Shown here: piece by piece, positions 6,539 to 14,539 of the stretch | Layout: every line of letters starts with the position of its first letter | Position numbering within the stretch: the stretch's first letter is position 1 | DNA from: Candidatus Micrarchaeota archaeon | GTDB lineage: Archaea; Micrarchaeota; Micrarchaeia; Norongarragalinales; SBBD01 | Direction of reading: 5' to 3' | DNA: 19,893 nucleotides | NCBI GenBank assembly: GCA_043806595.1 | Contig: JAZDGU010000003.1 | Span: forward strand, 1 to 19,893 | Notes under the pieces: generated by a model | Databases searched by the model: none | What the model was told of the DNA's origin: nothing | What the model saw: only the letters and a program-made list of their open reading frames with translations | Made by a program: the position numbers and the translations under genes

Positions 6539-7435
6539 ATGCAAATGTCTTTGGTCAGGCCGGTATTCCTGTTGATCGCGTTGGTCGGCCTTTCAGCCGC
6601 CCAGCCAACCGTGGTGCATACCGGAATTTATGTCCTAAACATCGGCAAGTTCGACGTCAGCAGCGGCAGCTATACCATCGACTTCTACCTCAGCATGGAG
6701 TGCAGCAGCGAATGCTCGCCGGATTTCGAGTTCATGAACGGCCGGGCTTCGTCAGTCGACAAGCTGGTTGACGAACCTGCAAGCAAGTTCTACCGAATAC
6801 AGGCCTCGCTTGCCGAGAACATCGACCTCAAAGATTATCCGTTCGACGAGCACGCGCTCTCGATAGTTCTGGAGGACAAGCGCGGCACCGCCGAACAGCT
6901 CGTATACCTCGTCGACGAAAAGAGCAGCGGAATCGACCCCAACGTCGTCATGGTCGGCTGGGACCTCGTCGGATGGAACGCAAAGGAGGAAACACACCGC
7001 TACGAGGCATACGGCGAAGACTACTCGCGCTTCAAGTTCGGCGTGGGAATACGGCGCATCTTCCTCGCCAGCATTCTCAAGACATTCCTGCCAGTGCTGT
7101 TCATCGTCATCGTCGGGCTCATCGCCCTCCTGATAGAGGAGAGGGACAAGCTCTGGACGCGCATCGGCATCAACACGTCTTCCCTGATTGCTGCGGTCAT
7201 GTTCCACTTGAACGTCACATCAAGCATCCCTCCGGTGGGCTACCTCACGTTCGCCGACAAGTTCATGATAGCCACATACGTCGTCCTCACCCTCAACCTC
7301 CTGAGCACCGTCATGATGATGGTCCACGCCAAGAAGGGGGACGGGCACAGGGAGAAGCTGATTTTCCGCGCGTCGTTATACGGCCTTCCCCTGTTGGCGG
7401 CGCTTCTCTATGCCGCGCTGTTCCTCGTCCGGTGA
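6539..7435 (+). CDS. Prokaryotic pentameric ligand-gated ion channel (GLIC/ELIC-like)
   Basis: Signal peptide, beta-rich extracellular domain (GIYVLNIGKFD...YTIDFYL), Pro-loop DLKDYPFDEH, pre-M1 Arg, M1 KTFLPVLFIV, M2 TRIGINTSSLIAAVMFH, M2-M3 loop IPPVGYLTFADKF, four TMs in total. Confidence 0.88.
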   Translation: MQMSLVRPVFLLIALVGLSAAQPTVVHTGIYVLNIGKFDVSSGSYTIDFYLSMECSSECSPDFEFMNGRASSVDKLVDEPASKFYRIQASLAENIDLKDYPFDEHALSIVLEDKRGTAEQLVYLVDEKSSGIDPNVVMVGWDLVGWNAKEETHRYEAYGEDYSRFKFGVGIRRIFLASILKTFLPVLFIVIVGLIALLIEERDKLWTRIGINTSSLIAAVMFHLNVTSSIPPVGYLTFADKFMIATYVVLTLNLLSTVMMMVHAKKGDGHREKLIFRASLYGLPLLAALLYAALFLVR

Positions 7436-7937
7436 ACGCTTTCTGCGCCTTAAGCAATAAGAATTCGGGGGCCTGCGGATTATTTGATGCGCCGCGGCCA
7501 GCCAACAGCCCGGCTGGAGAACGCGCTAGCCGGTTGAAAGCAGGGCGGCGCGGAATCGACGAGGGAAGGCTAGTGCGGAATTTGTAAACGGATAACTGGA
7601 TTCAGAGGGGGGATATGACTCTGGCAACGTTAATGCCATGCCTACCCACGCCCCGCATGAATTCACGGTCTCCGCTTCGCGAGCTCGTGCCTCAAGGACC
7701 GCGCCCAAAGCAAACCGCAAAAATAATGCGAGCCGTTGTCTTCAGATGCCGCCTTCGCCTCCGCGGATGGACGGAGCAAGGCGCTGGCATGGGGCAAAAA
7801 AAACGTTTTTCGGCAGGTCGCAAAACTTATTCGGAGCGCAAAAATTACGCCCCGTCAATCGACGCGGGACGGAACGGAAGTGGCCCTCGGGCGAGGCTTC
7901 GGCAAGCCTATTAAACCGTGGCGCGGATTGAATTGTC

Positions 7938-8576
7938 ATGATTGAAGAACAACTTGCGGCGCTTGCCTCGGCCGCCTTCGCGAGCGGAGAGGCGCTCGCC
8001 GGAAGGTTCGGGGCCACCGTGTTTTTCCTTTCCGTCGGCATCGCAGTCTACGCTGCTATTATAGGGACTTTTTACCACCACTTGTCCCGCCGGGTGCTCT
8101 ATGAAACCAAGCGGATTGACCGCAAGGGCATCTGGGGCTTTTTCCTCCGATTTGGGAACGCGGTCGAGGTCCTCCTGAAATACACCGTGCTGTTCCCGGC
8201 AATTTCCTTCCTGTGGTTCGCGGTGCTGGCGTCCTCCCTCTTCCTCATCTCCCGCACGGCGGAGCTTGAAACGGTCTTCGTGCTGGCAATTTCCGTCGTG
8301 ATAGCGGTGCGCGCACTGGCGTACTACAAGGAAGAAATTTCCGTAGACCTCGCCAAGATGCTGCCGCTTGCACTCTTGGGCGTGTTCATCGTCGAGCCCA
8401 CCCTGTATTCGAGGGAAATCATCGGGGCCCGAATCCTCCAGCTCCTCGGGGCGATCCCGCAGTTCGCCGCGTTCATCGCGATCGCCATCATGCTAGAGTG
8501 GACCCTCCGGATACTGGATTTCCTTGCGGGCCTTGCGCGGGGGAGGCAGGCGGCCAGCGAAAAGCCGGAAGCGTAA
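7938..8576 (+). CDS. Hypothetical multi-pass membrane protein
   Basis: 212-aa ORF with about 5 hydrophobic segments and a TATTAAA at 7909-7915 upstream. Confidence 0.75.
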   Translation: MIEEQLAALASAAFASGEALAGRFGATVFFLSVGIAVYAAIIGTFYHHLSRRVLYETKRIDRKGIWGFFLRFGNAVEVLLKYTVLFPAISFLWFAVLASSLFLISRTAELETVFVLAISVVIAVRALAYYKEEISVDLAKMLPLALLGVFIVEPTLYSREIIGARILQLLGAIPQFAAFIAIAIMLEWTLRILDFLAGLARGRQAASEKPEA

Positions 8577-8682
8577 ACGCGCCCGAAAAATGTGGGGGCC
8601 GCGTTTCCGGTCCGGCGCACGGATTCCCCCGCTGGCATACCCTTTTTATTCTGAACGCGGATTGCATTTGCGTGAGCAAAGC

Positions 8683-8940
8683 ATGGGAGTGATTGACGAC
8701 ATATCCAAGTCGGTGTTCAAGTACCTCACCGAGAGCGTGCGCAGGTTCACCGCGTTCGTATTCATCGTATACGCCATCGGCGTGCTCGTCGGCATAAGGG
8801 CGGCCGGGTTCGACGTAGAAATCCAGAGGCTCACGTGGATGATACCGCTGCTGCTCGCGCTGCTCTCCTACATGTACACGCAGATCGCGGTCGTGTTCTT
8901 CCTGATCTTCGTGCTCGCGATATTCCTGCTCGGAATCTAG
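8683..8940 (+). CDS. Small membrane protein (85 aa)
   Basis: MGVIDDISKSVFKYL... with about 3 hydrophobic segments. Start revised from 8524 because that would overlap the upstream gene and TTTTTATT lies at 8643-8650. Confidence 0.7.
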   Translation: MGVIDDISKSVFKYLTESVRRFTAFVFIVYAIGVLVGIRAAGFDVEIQRLTWMIPLLLALLSYMYTQIAVVFFLIFVLAIFLLGI

Positions 8941-8973
8941 CGGGACCCCGGGCCGCCGGCACTGCCGGGGGGT

Positions 8974-9993
8974 TCAAAGCATGCACATGACGTCCGCGAG
9001 GCGCACGCTGTAGGCCCACTCGTTGTCGTACCAGCTGAGCACCTTCACGAGGTCGCCCTTGATGCTGTCCCTCTCCCTTATAACGTTCGTGCTCAGGCCG
9101 TCGACGATGCTGCTCGCGGGATTGCCGATGATGTCCGCGGAGACGAGCGGCTCCATGCTTAATTCGAGCACGCCCTGCATCGCGCCCTGCGAAGCGTCCT
9201 TCAGCATGGCATTGACCTCCTCGGCGCTCGTCGGCTTCTCTACGCTGACGACGAGGTCGTTGACCGAACCGTCGGGCACCGGAACGCGCACGGATATGCC
9301 GTCGAGCTTGCCCTTCAGCGCCGGAATGACCTCGCCGATCGCCTTCGCCGCGCCGGTTGTCGTGATGATGGAAGACAATGCAGCGGCCCGGGCGCGCCGC
9401 AAGTCCTTGTGCGGGAGGTCGAGGATCCGCTGGTCGTTGGTGTAGGCGTGTATCGTGGTCATGAAGCCCTTGCGGATGACGAAGTTGTCGTTCAAGACTT
9501 TTGCAACGGGCGCTAGGCAGTTGGTCGTGCAAGAGGCCATGCTCACGATGTTATGCTTCGAGGAGTCGTACGACTCGTGGTTGACGCCCAGCACGAGCGT
9601 GACGTCGGGTTCCTTGGCAGGCGCGGAAATCAGTACCTTCTGCGCGCCGTTTGCGAGGTGCGCCTTGGCCTTCTCGCGGTCGGCGTAGAGGCCGGTGCTC
9701 TCGATGACGTGCGTCACGCCGAGGTCGCGCCATTTGAGGCCCTCGACGGTCTTCTCGGCGAGCACGCGGATTTCCTTCCCGTTGACGACGAGGTTGCCGC
9801 CGCTGGCGGAGACCTCGAGCCTGGCGCGGCCGTGCACGCTGTCGTATTTCAGGAGGTGCGCGAGCGTAGGCGCGTCCGTGAGATCGTTGACCGCCACGAC
9901 GTCGAAATCGCGGGAAAAGCGCGGGTGCGCGAGCGCGGCGCGCAGGAACATGCGCCCAATCCTGCCGAAGCCGTTGATTGCAAGGGACTTCAT
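8974..9993 (-). CDS. gap: Class I (bacterial-type) glyceraldehyde-3-phosphate dehydrogenase
   Basis: INGFGRIGR, LLKYDSVHG, catalytic ASCTTNCLAP, HAYTNDQ, TGAAKA and WYDNE. The true start is MKSLAING at 9993, with SD GAGGTGA at 10001-10007 on the minus strand. Confidence 0.97.
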   Translation of the reverse strand: MKSLAINGFGRIGRMFLRAALAHPRFSRDFDVVAVNDLTDAPTLAHLLKYDSVHGRARLEVSASGGNLVVNGKEIRVLAEKTVEGLKWRDLGVTHVIESTGLYADREKAKAHLANGAQKVLISAPAKEPDVTLVLGVNHESYDSSKHNIVSMASCTTNCLAPVAKVLNDNFVIRKGFMTTIHAYTNDQRILDLPHKDLRRARAAALSSIITTTGAAKAIGEVIPALKGKLDGISVRVPVPDGSVNDLVVSVEKPTSAEEVNAMLKDASQGAMQGVLELSMEPLVSADIIGNPASSIVDGLSTNVIRERDSIKGDLVKVLSWYDNEWAYSVRLADVMCML

Positions 9994-10077
9994 ATGAGGC
10001 TCACCTCGAGTGCAAACTTTACCGGTGTTTGTGAGGGGCACCAACGTATTAAAGCGTATTTGCCGCACGTATGAAAC

Positions 10078-10938
10078 ATGGAAAGGGCAAGGCCGCCGCA
10101 TGAAGGCAGGGCAAGGGAGTACCTGCCGGAAGAGCGCGTCATAGTCTTGGAGAACCGCGACGGGAGGAAGGCGGCGGTATGCGTTGGCGAAAGGCATGCG
10201 TTCGTGGTCCTGCCGCGCGATTCCTTCAAGGGAATAAAGGAGGCTGCGGCGGCAGAGCTGGCCGGGCTCATTCAACTGCGCGAGGACGCGATGCATGTCC
10301 GCGGAAAGGGCATGGTCGACGTCAGGGAGAGGTTCGCCAACACCGGGCTCCCGGGAAGCGGCGTCCTGTACTTCGGGGGCGGCGGGATTCTGCGCACGAT
10401 TTCCGGGAAGACGCACTTCGCGCTCGGCCTTGATTTGCGCCATTCGAACAAGATGCTGACGTGGGAACTCTTGGAGAGGTCTTCCGGGAACAAAAAGGTT
10501 GACGAGCGGGATGTGGAAATCGCGGGCAGGAAGGTCGGCTCCGCGGTGCGCGGGGGCTCGGACGTCCTGCTGTCGTTCCTCGCAAGGCAGCTTCCGGGAT
10601 GGGGGGTAACGAAAGTCACCGTTTCCGCGAACCCGGAGGGCCGCGAGGAACTCCTAAAGACTCTGGCAAGGAGGGTGTACGGCGGAGACGGCAGGTTCAG
10701 GCGGACGACAAGCCAAAGGGAAACCTACGACATCCGGACGTACAAGAGAGCGCTGGCCGACAAGAGCGTCCTTTTCCACCACGAGGACTGGGAAGACCAC
10801 GTGGTGCCGCTCTGCTCGAGGGCGAAACTTCACGCGCCCGTGCCGATTGCAGAGGTCGCGCGGCACCTGAGGGACCTGAGGCTTTCGCGCAACTACAAGC
10901 CGGGGGAGTGGGAATTGGAGCGGGAGCTGGGCCAATGA
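10078..10938 (+). CDS. Hypothetical protein (286 aa)
   Basis: Fills the space between divergent gap and a convergent gene. TATTAAAG at about 10047-10054. No confident family. Confidence 0.7.
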   Translation: MERARPPHEGRAREYLPEERVIVLENRDGRKAAVCVGERHAFVVLPRDSFKGIKEAAAAELAGLIQLREDAMHVRGKGMVDVRERFANTGLPGSGVLYFGGGGILRTISGKTHFALGLDLRHSNKMLTWELLERSSGNKKVDERDVEIAGRKVGSAVRGGSDVLLSFLARQLPGWGVTKVTVSANPEGREELLKTLARRVYGGDGRFRRTTSQRETYDIRTYKRALADKSVLFHHEDWEDHVVPLCSRAKLHAPVPIAEVARHLRDLRLSRNYKPGEWELERELGQ

Positions 10939-10947
10939 GCGTCGGGC

Positions 10948-11814
10948 CTAGCAGCTCACGAGGAAGTCGTATAGGTTCGCGAGCGCGGTGACGGACTTGA
11001 TGTCCTCGAGCGGTATCGCCGAGTAGACGACGTATCCGACATACTTGTGGGCGATAATTGCGGGGCACGGCGAGGCGAAGGTGCACGTCTTCGTGCCGTA
11101 CACGGAATACAGGATCTGCGCCGCGGAGACGTCGGGGTTGATTACCGCCGCCTGCCGGGCGTTGGTCTCGAAGGTAAAGTTCATGCCGCGCGTCGCGAGC
11201 GCGTCGCGGTCGGCGACCTTGAGGTAGAGCGGCTTGCCGGAAGTCGAGTTCTCCATGCGCTGGAACGTGGCCTTGAAAAGGCTGCCGAGGGCGCCGAAGC
11301 CCTTCGTTCGGTTCACCTCCTTCACGTACCACTCGTAGTAGCCGGGGTCGGACTCGTTCCTGTTCAGCGCGTCCTGGAGGTCGCCGGGCGTGAGGTAGCG
11401 CTGCGTGCCCGCATCCGCTATCCAGATGATGTTGCCGCCGGAGTCCGCGTATTCGCGTACGGCCTTCTCCTGCTTGGGCGTGAGGCGGGTCATGCGCTCG
11501 AAGATGACGAGCTCGAAGCCGCGCAGCTGGGAGGCGCTGATGGCCTCCGCCGGGTAGTTGGAAATGAAGGTGTATTCGCGCGCGTTCGAGGAGAGGTTGT
11601 AGAGGGCGCTCGGGTTGCCGGTGCCGCTGTCGCCGCTGACGAGCGCGATGCGCGAGTGGCCGCTGATGCCGCAGTAGACGGAGCACCAGTTGCCCGGTAC
11701 CTGCGAGCAGTGCACCCACTTGAACTTGGTGACAACGAAAAGGAGAATGAGCAGGAGTATTCCGAGCACTATCAGGTGGGGTATCTCGCGCTTGATGTCG
11801 TCTTCTCCGCTCAT
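10948..11814 (-). CDS. Membrane-anchored extracellular protein with a possible class I glutamine amidotransferase-like (ThuA/trimerisation-type) fold
   Basis: N-terminal TM (LIVLGILLLILLFVV), Cys pairs, and LRGFELVIF...LTPKQEKAVREYADSGGNIIWI. Confidence 0.65.
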   Translation of the reverse strand: MSGEDDIKREIPHLIVLGILLLILLFVVTKFKWVHCSQVPGNWCSVYCGISGHSRIALVSGDSGTGNPSALYNLSSNAREYTFISNYPAEAISASQLRGFELVIFERMTRLTPKQEKAVREYADSGGNIIWIADAGTQRYLTPGDLQDALNRNESDPGYYEWYVKEVNRTKGFGALGSLFKATFQRMENSTSGKPLYLKVADRDALATRGMNFTFETNARQAAVINPDVSAAQILYSVYGTKTCTFASPCPAIIAHKYVGYVVYSAIPLEDIKSVTALANLYDFLVSC

Positions 11815-11899
11815 GGCCCTGCACTTTAAAGACAGATGGGGGGCGAACGTTATTTAAAGCATTCCCGCCAATAACCCCATTCCTGAAAGGGTGCAATGC

Positions 11900-12058
11900 A
11901 TGGCCGACGACCGCAAGATTTCGACTCCGAGCAGCTCCACTGGAATCATCAGGTTCTACGATGTCAAGAGCAGCAACATCCAGGTCGACCCGCGGGTCGT
12001 CATAGGGTTCGTGGTCGCGTTCATCGTCCTCGAGCTGCTGCTCCGCCTCAGGCTCTGA
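11900..12058 (+). CDS. secG: Preprotein translocase subunit Sec61beta (archaeal SecG)
   Basis: Not in the ORF track. It translates MADDRKISTPSSSTGIIRFYDVKSSNIQVDPRVVIGFVVAFIVLELLLRLRL, matching the P.S.aG(L/I)iRFy....i.idP + TM pattern. Confidence 0.9.
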   Translation: MADDRKISTPSSSTGIIRFYDVKSSNIQVDPRVVIGFVVAFIVLELLLRLRL

Positions 12059-12070
12059 GTGATACCCCTC

Positions 12071-12319
12071 ATGGCAGAAGCCGCCGCAAAACGCCTTAGA
12101 CCGTTCGCGCACGTGCCAGCGGGGGAAAGAATCACGGACATCGAATAGAGGCTCGGCCACCCGGACGTCATGGAAGTCCTAAGGAGGCACAACCTCGCAG
12201 TCCATTCCAAAGAAATCGACGGGAGGATGGTATTTTCGCTGGAGCACAGGGAAAAGCGGACAGTCCCGCCTGCCGTGGCGAAAGCATTCCACGCCGCGTG
12301 GCGGAACACCGAGAAATGA
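12071..12319 (+). pseudogene. 82-codon ORF interrupted by an in-frame TAG at 12146-12148
   Basis: ATG with GAGTGA upstream, directly after Sec61beta: MAEAAAKRLRPFAHVPAGERITDIE*RLGHPDVMEVLRRHNLAVHSKEIDGRMVFSLEHREKRTVPPAVAKAFHAAWRNTEK*. Confidence 0.5.
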
Positions 12320-12401
12320 ATCGCTGGCAATCGGGGGGTTAAACCGAAATCTTATTACCCGCGACGGGAAACTAGTTGATGACGTATAAAGGGGGGTTCA
12401 T

Positions 12402-12719
12402 ATGGCAGTGGTTCATGCAGGAGACAAGGATTTCGACAAGGAGGTCTTGCACGCGAAGGGGGTGGTGGTGGTGGACTTCTTCGCGGAATGGTGCGGGCCG
12501 TGCAAGATAATGGCGCCGCGCTTCGAGGAGGCGGCGAACGAGCTCAAGGGCGTCAAGTTCGTCAAGGTGAACGTCGAAGAGGCGCAGGCAAAGGCCCAGG
12601 AATACGGCGTCATGAGCATTCCCACGCTGCTGATATTCAAGGACGGGAAGGTCGTCGACCAGAGCGTCGGCGCGGTGCCCAAGGACACCGTCAAGAAGAT
12701 GGCCGAACGGCACGTCTAG
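12402..12719 (+). CDS. trxA: Thioredoxin
   Basis: VVDFFAEWCGPCK and YGVMSIPTLLIFKDG. Confidence 0.97.
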   Translation: MAVVHAGDKDFDKEVLHAKGVVVVDFFAEWCGPCKIMAPRFEEAANELKGVKFVKVNVEEAQAKAQEYGVMSIPTLLIFKDGKVVDQSVGAVPKDTVKKMAERHV

Positions 12720-12731
12720 CCGGAAGCGGTC

Positions 12732-13388
12732 TCACTTCAACGCGCGCAGCAGCTTCAGCGCGCCGCTGATTATTGCCGAGCCGTTGCTCGACACCGGGCC
12801 GTGGCCCGGCAGCACGAGGTTGACCTCGAGCGAGAGCAGCTTCTCGTAGGAGTCCAACAGCTCGCCGAGGTTGGCGGAAGGGAAGTCCACGCGCGGCACC
12901 GAACCGGAAGTGAACACCGTGTCGCCGCTCAAGAGCGACCGGGACTCCGGCTCGAAGAGGCATAACGAGCCGGTGCAGTGCCCGGGCGTGGAAATCACCT
13001 CGAAACGGACTCCGCCGACGTCGAGCTTTTCGCCGTCGACTAGCGTCCGGCCGACCCTTCCCTTGGGCAGCTCGACGCCGAAGGCCCCCGCGAGCTGTAT
13101 CCTGTCGTCGCCGGCGTTGACCGCGCGCATGGCGTTCTCGTGCGCCATGACCGGCACGCCCGGGAAGTAGTCGATGCCGGCGACGTGGTCGAAGTGCGGG
13201 TGCGTGAGGATGATGCCGTCGAGGTGTGTGAAAGCAGGCTGGAGGCGGTATGGGTTGCCGTTGAGCGTCGAGCAGGTGTCGACGAGGTAGCGTCTGCGGC
13301 CGCCTTCCAGGAGATAGTTGTTCGGGTCCGGCGGCCTCTCCTCGTAAATGCGCACTCCGGGGACTATGGAGCGCATCTGCCTTGCCAA
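12732..13388 (-). CDS. MBL-fold metallo-hydrolase (glyoxalase II-like)
   Basis: THPHFDH, TPGHCTGS, SGDTVF and PGHG. TTG start at 13388 (alternative ATG at 13376) abuts the dehydrogenase stop. Confidence 0.92.
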   Translation of the reverse strand: MARQMRSIVPGVRIYEERPPDPNNYLLEGGRRRYLVDTCSTLNGNPYRLQPAFTHLDGIILTHPHFDHVAGIDYFPGVPVMAHENAMRAVNAGDDRIQLAGAFGVELPKGRVGRTLVDGEKLDVGGVRFEVISTPGHCTGSLCLFEPESRSLLSGDTVFTSGSVPRVDFPSANLGELLDSYEKLLSLEVNLVLPGHGPVSSNGSAIISGALKLLRALK

Positions 13389-14501
13389 TCAGCCTCTCCT
13401 GCCCCGCATCGCGCTGCGGACGCGTGAAACGGCGAGCCCGAGCGCCGCGCTGCGTGGCGCGACGCCATTGCTTTCGGCAAGCTCGAGCACGCGCTCGGTA
13501 TTCGCCGAAATCGTGGCGTCGACTTTGCGGAACATCGACTCGGGCGTGCCGCCGCGGGTCTCGACGTACGAGCTGATGACGCCGCCGGCGTTGGCGACGA
13601 TGTCGGGCACGACGAGCACGCCCCGCTCGTGGAACTCCAGCTCTATCTTCTCCGATATCGGGACGTTGGCGGCCTCGACGATTACCCGGGCCTTCACCGC
13701 GCGCTTGTTGCCGTCGTGGATGGAGTCCGGCCGCGCGCCGGGAATGAGGACGTCTACGGGCAGGCCGAAGAGCCCGTCCTTCGGGATCGCCTTCGCGCCG
13801 GGGTAGGCGGTCACCGAACCCTTCCTGCGCTTGAATTCCTCGAGCTTGCTCACATCGAGGCCGCGGGCGTCGTAGGCCGCGCCCTTGGAGTCGGAGACCG
13901 CGACGATCCTCGCGCCGGCCCGGGAGAGGTAGTGCGCGGAAAACACGCCGACGTTGCCGAATCCCTCGATTGCGACGGAAGCGCCCTGCAGGGACAGGCC
14001 CCCGTGGCGCAACGCCGCGCTCGCGGCGACGAAGACCCCGAAGCCGGTGCTGCCCAGCTCGTGGGGCAGACCGCCGAGGGCAAGCGGCTTGCCGGTGCAG
14101 GAACGAGGAGAGCCCACTTCCTCGGCGAACGCGGCCATCTCATCCTCCGTTGTATTCATATCCGGCCCGGCGACGAAATATTTTGGGATGAAGGCGCGGA
14201 TCTTGTCCGCGAAAGCCTTGACGAGCATGGCCTTGCCGGGTTTGGAGTGGTCGGCGCGGATGCCGGCCTTGGCGCCTCCGAAAGGCAGCCCCGCGAGGGC
14301 GTTCTTCCACGTCATGGCGCGGGCGAGCCTGCAGACCTCCTCCACGGTGACGTCGTGCACGAGCCGGATGCCGCCCTTGCCCGGGCCGAGGGCGGTATTG
14401 TCGATTACTAGCACTCCCTCCATGCCCGTCTTCGCGTCGTAGACGTCGAGAAGCTGCTGGGGGCCGAACTCGTCCTGAATGACGGAGGGCGCGGATAGCA
14501 T
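13389..14501 (-). CDS. gdhA: Glu/Leu/Phe/Val dehydrogenase, probably glutamate dehydrogenase
   Basis: GPGKGGIR, MTWKNAL.GLPFGGAK, GPDMNT, TGKP..LGG, GFGNVG, EAAN and PDIVANAGGV. An alternative TTG start is at 14507. Confidence 0.9.
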   Translation of the reverse strand: MLSAPSVIQDEFGPQQLLDVYDAKTGMEGVLVIDNTALGPGKGGIRLVHDVTVEEVCRLARAMTWKNALAGLPFGGAKAGIRADHSKPGKAMLVKAFADKIRAFIPKYFVAGPDMNTTEDEMAAFAEEVGSPRSCTGKPLALGGLPHELGSTGFGVFVAASAALRHGGLSLQGASVAIEGFGNVGVFSAHYLSRAGARIVAVSDSKGAAYDARGLDVSKLEEFKRRKGSVTAYPGAKAIPKDGLFGLPVDVLIPGARPDSIHDGNKRAVKARVIVEAANVPISEKIELEFHERGVLVVPDIVANAGGVISSYVETRGGTPESMFRKVDATISANTERVLELAESNGVAPRSAALGLAVSRVRSAMRGRRG

Positions 14502-14539
14502 GGGCAAACAATTGGGCGGCGGCGTTAAAATGCCTGCGG

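Noticed and set aside
9994..10443. 150-aa N-terminal extension of GAPDH in the ORF track (8974..10443)
   Set aside because: GAPDH homology starts at MKSLAING (9993), which has its own SD. The extension is antisense to the 10078-10938 gene.
12320..12401. Fluoride-riboswitch-like words (GGCAAT...AAACCG...GTTGATGAC) upstream of trxA
   Set aside because: The P1 and pseudoknot complementarities required by the crcB motif are missing. The region is more simply a promoter plus SD.
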